Shown here one piece after another: positions 53,608-62,005 of a DNA stretch of 64,000 nucleotides; within the stretch, counting starts at the first letter, position 1, and the number at the start of each line of letters is the position of its first letter. The position numbers and the translations under genes were made by a program. Source of the stretch: Gaiellales bacterium (GTDB taxonomy: Bacteria > Actinomycetota > Thermoleophilia > Gaiellales > Gaiellaceae); contig JAXLSU010000006.1 of the NCBI GenBank assembly GCA_046330455.1, forward strand, positions 73,601 through 137,600. The letters are read 5' to 3'. The notes below the pieces were generated by a model, which did no database searches, was not told the origin of the DNA, and saw only the letters and a program-made list of their open reading frames with translations.

Positions 53608-53666
53608 GGGGCGCGCCCATCCTAGCTGCCCGCCCGGGGCGAGAAGGGAGCCAGGGAGCGACGGAG

Positions 53667-53757
53667 CGGAGAAGGAGGGATTCGAACCCTCGAGGCAGGG
53701 AATCCCCCACCTAACGCCTTAGCAGGGCGCCGCCTTCAGCCACTCGGCCACTTCTCC
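53667..53757 (-). tRNA. tRNA-Ser (anticodon GCT)
   Basis: The reverse complement is GGAGAAGTGGCCGAGTGGCTGAAGGCGGCGCCCTGCTAAGGCGT…GAGGGTTCGAATCCCTCCTTCTCCG. It has a long variable arm. Confidence 0.9.
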
Positions 53758-54019
53758 GTGCGGGTCCGATTTCACGCTTGAGCGATTTTCCCCTTTCACG
53801 TTTGAGCAGGGAGTTCTTCGCATGAACGCTGGGGCCGGGCCCGTGCGCCACAGTGTAACCGGAACCGCGCGGGATCCTTCGGGCGCGCGGACGGCGGTGG
53901 CCGGGCCGTCTACGAGGTGCGATCGCCCGTCGCGGGCCGATCAGGGCCGCCACGAAGCGCCGGGCCTGGTTGCGGGCAGGCGTCTGGCGTGCGGGTGAAC
54001 GAATCGGCTGCGGCGGGCT

Positions 54020-54240
54020 ACATGGCGAGTGCCGGTGGCGCGAGCGCGGGTCTTGGTGCGCCAACGCTGCTTCGTCGTGCCGATGCGGAAGCGTGTGGCG
54101 AGGACGCCGTGGGCGCCTTCGTTGCGGCCGAAGCGCTGCCTTCCGTGCTCGGCGGCGGCAGGCGAGTTGTAGGTGAAGCCGTTGCCGAAGGCGAGGTCGG
54201 CGTTCGGGTCGTTGCGCTCGCACTGCTTGTACGTTCGGGA
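54020..54240 (-). pseudogene. unassigned coding remnant (about 70 codons with very high GC3, no start, no recognisable family)
   Basis: The minus frame reads …TYKQCERNDPNADLAFGNGFTYNSPAAAEHGRQRFGRNEGAHGVLATRFRIGTTKQRWRTKTRARATGTRH. Almost every codon ends in G/C, unlike the flanks. It abuts the truncated cupin fragment. Confidence 0.35.
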
Positions 54241-54252
54241 TCGGCTGTCGTA

Positions 54253-54595
54253 CTGTTCACGGGATCGGTGTACGTCGACACGATCGCAGCGCCGGGGCCT
54301 GACTCTCGGATCGGGGCGGCGAGCGTCCACGTCACGCCCGGCGCACGCACCGCGTGGCACACCCACCCGCACGGCGAGACGATCTGGGTCACCGAAGGGC
54401 TCCGCCTCTGCCAGCGCGAGGGCGGCCCGATCGAGGTGATCCGGCCCGGTTGTTCTCCGAACCGGGCAAGATCGGCTCGTGACCCACATCGCCATGCAGC
54501 AGGCCGACGACGAGGGCAACGTCGTCAGCTGGGGCGTCCACGTCACGGACGACGTGTACGGGCAGGCGCCGTCGATCGCGGACCGCGAGGCGTGA
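54253..54595 (+). pseudogene. cupin-domain protein remnant: 5'-truncated, with an internal deletion and frame change at ~54448
   Basis: Frame 1 reads LFTGSVYVDTIAAPGPDSRIGAASVHVTPGARTAWHTHPHGETIWVTEGLRLCQREGGPIEVIRPG. Frame 2 then reads VVLRTGQDRLVTHIAMQQADDEGNVVSWGVHVTDDVYG…. The second cupin motif (…H.HG…) is missing and there is no start codon. Confidence 0.6.
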
Positions 54596-54661
54596 TGCGC
54601 CCGACCGGCGTCGTCTGGGAGACTACGGCGGACGGCCACATACACGTAACAGGAGCTGCTG

Positions 54662-55996
54662 ATGCCTGACAGTCGGATCGCGCTTGCCGCGGAGGCGTTC
54701 GTCTACGGGTTCCCGCTGGTGTTCGACCTGCAGGAGGTCGACCAGTTCACGCGCGCCGGCTTCGGCAGCGTGCCGGCGACCCCGTTCAATCGGTTCGGGC
54801 ACTCCCCGTCGCTCGCCGGACCGGAGGCGCGATTCGTATCCATCAACAACGACACGATCTATTCGATCGCACAGGTCGACTTGAGCGGCGGGCCGCTGCG
54901 GCTCGAGGTTCCGGACACCGCCGGCCGCTACTACGTGCTGCAGTTCATCGACGCCTGGACGAACAACTTCGCCTACGTCGGCCACCGCGCAACCGGGACG
55001 GCCGCCGGCTCGTTCCTGCTCGCGCGTCCGGGTGACGAACGAGCCTCGGGCGTCGACTCTCCGGTGATCCACTTCCCGACCGATGTGGGCACCGTCCTCG
55101 GCCGCTTCGCGGTCGACGGCGACGAGGATCTCCCGGCGGTTCGGGCGCTTCAAGCCGAGCTGAAGCTCTCCCAGGGTGGTGAAGGCACGCCCCACGGCCT
55201 TCCCGAGCCCAACCGGTCCGCACTCGAGGAGCTGCAGTTCTTCGAGCAGCTACGTGTCTGGATGAGGGCATTTCCCCCCGCTGCCCGCGACATCGAGTAC
55301 CAGCGGCGCTTCGAGTCGCTCGGGCTGCTCGACGAGGGCTCGCCCTACGTCGAACCCGACCCCGAGCTTGCGGCGGCACTTCGGGCGGGGCTCGACGAAG
55401 GCCGGTCTGAGCTGGAGCGGGCGATTCGGGACAGTCCCGCTCCGAAGCAGAACGGCTGGAATCTCACCTACCACATGTTCGACTACAACCTGGATTTCTT
55501 CGAGCTCGGGGCGCTCGACGACCCTCGGTGGAAGATGGACGTCGACGCGGGTACCCGATACATGCTGCGTGCAGGCGCCGCCCGTGGCGGCCTCTGGGGA
55601 AATCATGGCTACGAGGCCGCGTACGCGATGGTCTACGAGGACGGCGACGGGCACCAGCTCAACGGCGGCAACCGGTACGAGCTGCGCTTCGAGACGACAC
55701 CCCCGGTGGGAGCGTTCTGGTCGGTCACGATGTACGACATGCCCGACTTCTATCTCGTCGCCAACCCCATCGATCGGTACGCGATCGGTGACCGGACCCG
55801 CGGCCTCGAGCTCGCAGAAGACGGCTCGCTCACGATCGTGATGCAGGCGAACGAGCCGTCCACGCCCGGTGCTCGCGCCAACTGGCTGCCGACACCCGAG
55901 GGAGACTTCCGGCCGCTTCTTCGCATGTACGAGCCGGAGACCGCCGTCCTCGACGGAGGGTACGAGCTCCCCCCGATCACGAAGCTGAGGCCCTGA
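54662..55996 (+). CDS. DUF1254 / DUF1214 two-domain protein
   Basis: AGGAG RBS. …AEAFVYGFPLVFDL…FVSINNDTIYSIAQVDLS.GPL.LEVPDTAGRYYVLQFIDAWTNNFAYVG… matches DUF1254. …FWSVTMYD…DRYAIGDRT…L…DGSLTIV…NWLPTP.G.F…LRMY.P matches DUF1214. Confidence 0.8.
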   Translation: MPDSRIALAAEAFVYGFPLVFDLQEVDQFTRAGFGSVPATPFNRFGHSPSLAGPEARFVSINNDTIYSIAQVDLSGGPLRLEVPDTAGRYYVLQFIDAWTNNFAYVGHRATGTAAGSFLLARPGDERASGVDSPVIHFPTDVGTVLGRFAVDGDEDLPAVRALQAELKLSQGGEGTPHGLPEPNRSALEELQFFEQLRVWMRAFPPAARDIEYQRRFESLGLLDEGSPYVEPDPELAAALRAGLDEGRSELERAIRDSPAPKQNGWNLTYHMFDYNLDFFELGALDDPRWKMDVDAGTRYMLRAGAARGGLWGNHGYEAAYAMVYEDGDGHQLNGGNRYELRFETTPPVGAFWSVTMYDMPDFYLVANPIDRYAIGDRTRGLELAEDGSLTIVMQANEPSTPGARANWLPTPEGDFRPLLRMYEPETAVLDGGYELPPITKLRP

Positions 55997-56422
55997 GCCG
56001 ACTGATGGACGAGCTGCTCGCCGGCATCCCCACGCGCCGGCGCGGTTGAGGGCCATGCCGCCGACGGGAGGCACGGAAGGATCTCCAGGACACGCCCGGG
56101 TAGTTGTGCCAGACGAGCCCGATGCTCGTAGTCCACCTCGCCCGCCGCGCCCAAACGTCGTTGCGGGACTCGGAGCAGCCCGCCCGACGCGGCGACATCG
56201 TCGAGTAGCTTCCGAGTCACGGAGACATTGCCTGTCGTGGAACGGGAGCGTTCGTACCATCCACCTGCGCGAGGTACTCGACGCCGGCCGGCGCAACCTT
56301 CGCCTCTCGGGTCGGGCCGCGCCCGGTGATCGTGCTCAGGTTGCGTTTGCGCGGTGACGGAGAATGCGTGCGGCCTGATGGGTACCAACCTCCGCCTCCG
56401 GGCTCCGCGGCCTCGAGAACGC

Positions 56423-56453
56423 GACAGGGCCCGCGGGGGAGGCGGGCCCTGTC
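56423..56453. terminator. strong hairpin GACAGGGCCCGC-GGGGGAG-GCGGGCCCTGTC
   Basis: Perfect 12-bp stem, 105 nt downstream of the GroES-like stop on the minus strand. The U-tract is weak. Confidence 0.4.
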
Positions 56454-56557
56454 CATCACCGGGGTTGGGGATGTCCTGCGTGAGAGGAGCATCGACCCCC
56501 TGCCACAGCGCCTCCATACCCGGATCGAGGGATCTGCCGGAGCCGCGCCCCGCGTGC

Positions 56558-56857
56558 TCAGTCGTGCACGCGGGCGATCAGCTCGTGGCGGCGAAGCACC
56601 TTGACGGAGACACCCGCCAGGCGCACGTCGAAGCCCGCCGGCTTCGGGAAGAGCACCTTGTCGCCCGGCTCGACGCCGCCGACCTCCGGGCCGGCAGCGG
56701 TGACGATGCCCGACCGGCACTGGGTCTCGGCGCTCGCCGGGATGATCAGGCCGGTCCGCGTCTCCGCCTCCTCGTCGACGGGCTCGACGACGACGTAGTC
56801 GTCGAGCGGCTCGAGCCAGACGCTGAGCCCCGACTGCGTCTCCTCCACGGGATCCAT
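56558..56857 (-). CDS. groES: GroES-like co-chaperonin (Cpn10 family), atypical and without adjacent groEL
   Basis: …LEPLDDYVVVEPVDEEAETRTGLIIPASAETQCRSGIVTAAGPEVGGVEPGDKVLFPKPAGFDVRLAGVSVKVLRRHELIARV aligns by eye with the LKPLGDRVLV…GIVLP…G.V.AVG…GD.VLF..Y.G…L….DILA pattern. Confidence 0.7.
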   Translation of the reverse strand: MDPVEETQSGLSVWLEPLDDYVVVEPVDEEAETRTGLIIPASAETQCRSGIVTAAGPEVGGVEPGDKVLFPKPAGFDVRLAGVSVKVLRRHELIARVHD

Positions 56858-56864
56858 TGCTTCA

Positions 56865-56870
56865 ATTGTA
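56865..56870 (-). promoter_or_regulatory. -10 box TACAAT placed 7 nt upstream of the GroES-like ATG (leaderless geometry)
   Basis: The reverse complement of CAATTGTA is at 56863-56870. There is no room for an SD sequence. Confidence 0.4.
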
Positions 56871-56926
56871 CGACTCGCGCTGCGTGCAACCCGCCGTACG
56901 CGCCACCCGTCTAATCCATAGAGAGC

Positions 56927-58159
<1,233 letters not shown>

Positions 58160-58183
58160 GCCGGCGCAGTCGGTCCGACGTGA

Positions 58184-58204
58184 GGGCGGGATGAGATCCC
58201 GCCC
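58184..58204. repeat. REP-like hairpin GGGCGGGAT-GAG-ATCCCGCCC
   Basis: 25 nt after the fabF stop. It is the exact reverse complement of the copy at 25863-25883. Confidence 0.55.
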
Positions 58205-58235
58205 CTGCCGTGCGGTCGGTTCGCGGAGACCGCAT

Positions 58236-58353
58236 GGGGCGCCTGCGCGACCCCGACGGGCGGGTTGAGCTCCCGCCCTCACCGTACGGACGGGCTGCGC
58301 AGACCAAAGGGGGCGCCTGCGCGACCCCGACGGGCGGGTTGAGCCTCCCGCTC
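58236..58353. repeat. two tandem ~74-nt units sharing GGGGCGCCTGCGCGACCCCGACGGGCGGGTTGAGC…, each with a variant REP-like hairpin
   Basis: Unit 1 starts at 58236 and contains the hairpin GGGCGGG-TTGAGCT-CCCGCCC at 58258-58278. Unit 2 starts at 58310 with a degenerate right arm. Confidence 0.55.
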
Positions 58354-58361
58354 CTACCCGT

Positions 58362-58400
58362 GCCGGCGGAGCGAGTCGCTGGGACCGGTCGCTCGCCGGC
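58362..58400 (-). terminator. hairpin GCCGGCG(G)AGCGA…TCGCTCGCCGGC immediately after the HAD gene stop
   Basis: 12-bp stem with one bulge and a 14-nt loop, directly abutting the stop codon at 58401-58403. No U-tract. Confidence 0.4.
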
Positions 58401-59051
58401 TCACGACTCGATCGCGGAGGGGTGAAGCTGCGCGATCGAGTCGAGCACCAGGTCGGCCGCCGCGAGCGCTTCCGCGCGCGGTGGGAAGTGCGGGTTCGGG
58501 ACCGCGATCACCCGCATCCCGGCAGCGTGCGCCGAGAGGATGCCGTTGTGCGAGTCCTCGATCGCGACCGCACGGCTCGCCTCGACCCCGAGCCGGCCGA
58601 CGGCCTCCAGGTAGACGTCGGGAGCCGGCTTGCCCCGGGCGACCTCCTCCGAGGAGACGACGACCCGGAAGAGCGATGAGAGCTCGGCCGTTTCGAGCAC
58701 GAGCTCGATCAGCGTCCGGTTCGACGAGGACGCGAGACCGAGCGGCCAGCGGGCAGCGACACGCCGAACGGCCTCGACCGCACCGGGAATCAGCGGGAGC
58801 CCGTCGCGATAGCGTCCGGCCATCCGCCGCACGACCTCGGCGTCGATCTCGCCGGGCGGCTCGGAGAGACCGATCACCTCGTGCATGTACGCCGACCACT
58901 CCGGAGCGCTCATGCCCATCATGTCGCCCTGGGCACGCTCGTGCCACCGGCCGCCGCGCTCGCGGGCGAGCTCCTCCCGGACGTCGTCCCAGATCTGCTC
59001 GGAGTCGACGAGCACGCCGTCCATGTCGAAGACGACCGCTTCGGTCTCCAT
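58401..59051 (-). CDS. HAD-superfamily hydrolase (phosphatase, subfamily IA-like)
   Basis: METEAVVFDMDGVLVDSE (motif I), …LASSS… and …IEDSHNGILSAHAAGM…. Alternative starts are ATG 59063 and TTG 59069. Confidence 0.8.
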   Translation of the reverse strand: METEAVVFDMDGVLVDSEQIWDDVREELARERGGRWHERAQGDMMGMSAPEWSAYMHEVIGLSEPPGEIDAEVVRRMAGRYRDGLPLIPGAVEAVRRVAARWPLGLASSSNRTLIELVLETAELSSLFRVVVSSEEVARGKPAPDVYLEAVGRLGVEASRAVAIEDSHNGILSAHAAGMRVIAVPNPHFPPRAEALAAADLVLDSIAQLHPSAIES

Positions 59052-59064
59052 CGGGGAGATCATG

Positions 59065-59070
59065 CACAAT
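59065..59070 (+). promoter_or_regulatory. -10-like box CACAAT 7 nt upstream of the trkA GTG (leaderless geometry)
   Basis: The divergent intergenic gap to the HAD gene is only 26 nt, so any -35 element lies inside the HAD coding region. Confidence 0.35.
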
Positions 59071-59077
59071 CCGGCCG

Positions 59078-60403
59078 GTGAGGATCCTCGTCATCGGCGC
59101 CGGCCAGGTCGGCTCGACGATCGTCGAGGCGCTCCATGCCGAGCACGACATCACCGTGATCGACCTCGACCACGCACGCCTGAACGCGCTCGCCTACCGG
59201 TTCGACGTCGTCACGGTCGAGGCGAACGGCTCGAGCAGGCGGGCTCTCCAGGACGCGGGAATCGCCAACGCGGACCTCATGATCGCGAGCACCTCCCGCG
59301 ACGAGGCCAACATCGTCGCGGCGATGCTCGCGCGGACGCTCTCGTCGGCGAAGACGATCGTCCGCACGACGAACGTCGAGTACCTGGACGTCTGGCGCGA
59401 GCGCCAGCTCGACGTCGACTTCGTCGTCGCCTCCGAGGTCGAGACCGCGAACTCGATCGTCCGCATCATCGGTATGCCGGCGGCGAAGCAGACGGACGTC
59501 TTCGCCGACGGCCAGGTGGAGATCGTCGAGTTCGACATCCCCGCCGACCTCGCGTCGAACAGGACGATCGGCCGGCCGCTCCGGGAGGCGTTCATCCCGT
59601 CCGACTCGAAGGTCGCGAGCATCATCCGCGGGGAGGCGATGCTCGTCGCGAGAGGTGACGAGACGATCATGCCGGGCGACCGCGCGATCGTGATCGGCTC
59701 GCCGAAGGCAGTGCGGGAGTGGAGTGGCATCGTCTCGCACGACGTCGGGCCGATCGACGACGTCGTCGTCTTCGGGGCCGGTCGGACCGGTCGCGCGATC
59801 GCACGGACGCTGATCACCCAGGGCGTCCGGGTCCGCCTGATCGAGCCTGACCCGGTGAAGGCCCGAATGGTCGCCGAGGACCTGGCCGAGGTGCGCGTCT
59901 TCAACGCGACGGGTCTCGACGCCGACTTCCTCGAGCGGGAGCGCATCGGGCAGACCCGCGCGGCCGTGTTCGCCATGGGCGACGATGCGAAGAACCTGTA
60001 CGCCGCGACGCTCGTGAAGGTCGTCGGTGTCCGCTTCACGATCGCGGTCGTCGACGACCCGATCTCGCTCACCGTCCTCGAGCGAGCAGGTGTCGACGTC
60101 GCCGTCAACCCGAGGCTCGTGACCGCGGAGGAGATCGTGCGCTTCGCCCACGATCCGCGGATCCGGCAGCTCACGATGCTCGAGGGCGACCGTTTCGAAG
60201 TGCTCGACATCACCGTGCGCGAGGACTCAGACCTCATCGGCAGGCCGTTCCGGGAGCTTCCGCTGACGGGCTCGCTGATCGGCGCGATCGTCCGGGACGG
60301 CAAGGCGATCTTCCCGCACGGCAACGACATGCTCCTCGCCGGCGACCGGGCGATCCTGTTCACCGAGTCGTCGCGCGTCGCCCGCGTCGAGCGCGTGCTG
60401 TAG
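59078..60403 (+). CDS. trkA: Trk system potassium-uptake protein TrkA (two RCK_N + RCK_C repeats)
   Basis: GTG 59078. It has two Rossmann motifs (VIGAGQVG and VFGAGRTG) and two RCK_C-like segments. The 199 upstream codons of the listed ORF are Arg-rich and antisense to the HAD gene. Confidence 0.85.
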   Translation: MRILVIGAGQVGSTIVEALHAEHDITVIDLDHARLNALAYRFDVVTVEANGSSRRALQDAGIANADLMIASTSRDEANIVAAMLARTLSSAKTIVRTTNVEYLDVWRERQLDVDFVVASEVETANSIVRIIGMPAAKQTDVFADGQVEIVEFDIPADLASNRTIGRPLREAFIPSDSKVASIIRGEAMLVARGDETIMPGDRAIVIGSPKAVREWSGIVSHDVGPIDDVVVFGAGRTGRAIARTLITQGVRVRLIEPDPVKARMVAEDLAEVRVFNATGLDADFLERERIGQTRAAVFAMGDDAKNLYAATLVKVVGVRFTIAVVDDPISLTVLERAGVDVAVNPRLVTAEEIVRFAHDPRIRQLTMLEGDRFEVLDITVREDSDLIGRPFRELPLTGSLIGAIVRDGKAIFPHGNDMLLAGDRAILFTESSRVARVERVL

Positions 60404-60444
60404 AGCGGATCTCAGGGAGGCCGGGAGCGGTAGCCTTCCTCGCC

Positions 60445-61989
60445 GTGCCAGGCTCCTGGAGGCGAGCGGACGGACGGCGAGGACGCCGGTCTGCCACGCT
60501 CGGCGTCGACGTTGCCGGTGCGCTCAACCTCGTCGCGGCCCTCCTGCGCTACCTGTCCCTCACGTTCCTGTTCCCGGCCGCGCTCGCGCTCGGCTACGGC
60601 GATCCCGTCTGGCCCTTTCTCGTCTCCGGCGGCGTGACCGCGCTCGCCGGACTCGCGATCGGCGCGGTCACCAGGGGACGCGAGCGCATCGGGCCCCGGG
60701 AGGGCTTCCTCGTTGCTTCGCTCATCTGGCTGCTCGTTCCGGCGTTCGGCGGGCTGCCGTTCCTGCTCGCCGAGCCCCAGCTCGCCAACCCGGTCAACGC
60801 GTACTTCGAGTCGGTGTCCGGCTTCACGGCCACGGGCGCGACCGTGCTGACCGACATCGACGCGCTCGCGCCGTCAATGGCGATGTGGCGTCAGACGAGC
60901 CACTGGCTGGGCGGCATGGGGATCATCGTCCTCGCCGTCGCGATCCTCCCCCGGCTGCGCGTCGGAGGCCGCCAGCTGCTCGAGACCGAGCTGGCGGGGC
61001 CGCAGGAGCTCGAGCGGCTCGGCGCGTCGATCCGGGAGACGGCCCGGCGGCTCTGGAGCCTCTACGTCGCGCTGACTGTGATCGCGATCCTCGCGCTCGC
61101 GGCGCTCGGCTGGAGCGGTGCCGACCCGGCGATGAACCTCTACGAGGCCACGGCGCACGCATTCTCTGCGCTGGCGCTCGGTGGGTTCTCGACGAAGAGC
61201 CAGTCGATGGCGGCCTTCGCGCCGGTCACGCAGTGGGTCGTCCTGCTCTTCATCGTCCTCGCCGGGATCAACTTCCTGCGGCTCTACCGGCTCTTCGTCC
61301 AGCGACACGTCGCAGTGGTCGCCCGGGACGAGGAGCTCCGGCTGTACCTCGCGTTCCTGCTCGCCGGCTCCGTGCTGCTCCTTGTCGAGGTGCTTTCGGC
61401 GGGCATCGCGAGCGGGGAGGCGGCGATCCGGATCTCGGCCTTCCACGCCGTCTCGATCATGACGACGACCGGCTTCGCGGTCGCCGACTACACGACCTGG
61501 GGCGTGCTCGCGCTCATGACCCTGTTCGCGCTCATGTTCATCGGCGCGTCGGCAGGCTCGACGGGCGGCTCGATCAAGGTCGTCCGCCACCTGCTGCTCT
61601 TCCGGGTCGTGCGGCGGGAGCTCGACCAGACGGTCCACCGCGAGGTCGTGGTGCCGGTGCGCCTCAACGGGATCGTCGTCGACGAGCGCGCGCTGCGCTC
61701 GCTGGTCGTCTTCGTCGCCGTGTACGTGGCCGTGTTCGTGCTCGCGTCGGTCGGGCTCGCGATCGACGAACGGCGGCTGGAGGTGGGGCTCGGGCCATTC
61801 GACGCCATGGGGGCGGTCGCCGCCTGCCTTGCGAACATCGGGCCCGGGTTCGGGTTCGCGGGGCCGTTCGGCTCGTACGCCCCGTTCAGCGATCTCTCGA
61901 CGGGGATCCTGACCGCCGTCATGTGGCTCGGACGGCTCGAGATCATCCCCGTTGCCGTCCTGCTCAGTCGCACATACTGGCGCCCGTGA
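60445..61989 (+). CDS. trkH: TrkH-family potassium transporter subunit (copy 1)
   Basis: About 10-12 TM segments with repeated pore-loop motifs (…SGFTATGATV…, …LALGGFST…, …IMTTTGFAV…, …ANIGPGFG…). Confidence 0.85.
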   Translation: MPGSWRRADGRRGRRSATLGVDVAGALNLVAALLRYLSLTFLFPAALALGYGDPVWPFLVSGGVTALAGLAIGAVTRGRERIGPREGFLVASLIWLLVPAFGGLPFLLAEPQLANPVNAYFESVSGFTATGATVLTDIDALAPSMAMWRQTSHWLGGMGIIVLAVAILPRLRVGGRQLLETELAGPQELERLGASIRETARRLWSLYVALTVIAILALAALGWSGADPAMNLYEATAHAFSALALGGFSTKSQSMAAFAPVTQWVVLLFIVLAGINFLRLYRLFVQRHVAVVARDEELRLYLAFLLAGSVLLLVEVLSAGIASGEAAIRISAFHAVSIMTTTGFAVADYTTWGVLALMTLFALMFIGASAGSTGGSIKVVRHLLLFRVVRRELDQTVHREVVVPVRLNGIVVDERALRSLVVFVAVYVAVFVLASVGLAIDERRLEVGLGPFDAMGAVAACLANIGPGFGFAGPFGSYAPFSDLSTGILTAVMWLGRLEIIPVAVLLSRTYWRP

Positions 61990-62005
61990 GGATCTCATGA
62001 GATCC
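61990..62005. repeat. 16-nt perfect palindrome GGATCTCATGAGATCC enclosing the trkH copy-2 start codon
   Basis: It is its own reverse complement. The ATG at 61997 lies at its centre. Each half is identical to the stem-loop core (GGATCTCAT / ATGAGATCC) of the REP-like hairpins. Confidence 0.6.

Noticed and set aside
53519-53757. tRNA-Ser genes as the attachment site of an integrated genomic island (searched by eye for a direct repeat of a tRNA 3' end, and for an integrase).
   Set aside because: No tyrosine or serine integrase and no repeated tRNA 3' segment were found in the window. The decayed genes lie on the 5' side of the tRNAs, which is not the usual integration side. Only the IS110 element is demonstrably mobile.
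55750-56517. 255-aa minus-strand ORF spanning the DUF1214 gene end and the gap.
   Set aside because: Its first half is low-complexity (Gly/Pro/Arg) and its last part is antisense to the DUF1254/1214 gene. Only a short middle stretch looks coding-like, and that is treated as a possible remnant in the findings.
58236-58353. Possible CRISPR array, because of repeated ~35-nt units.
   Set aside because: There are only two units, the spacer between them is itself partly repeated, the units contain REP-like hairpins, and no cas genes are nearby.
58481-59077. 199-codon N-terminal extension of the TrkA ORF. The same applies to the extensions of CopA (41240-41401), the MR/MLE enzyme (21498-22562) and the XDH subunit (5760-6014).
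   Set aside because: They are Arg/Pro-rich and overlap neighbouring genes. Internal starts coincide with ATGA/GTGA couplings or the beginning of the recognisable domains.
59052-59077. c-di-AMP (ydaO-type) riboswitch upstream of the K+ transporter operon.
   Set aside because: The intergenic space is only 26 nt, so no aptamer can fit. The geometry favours a leaderless transcript instead.
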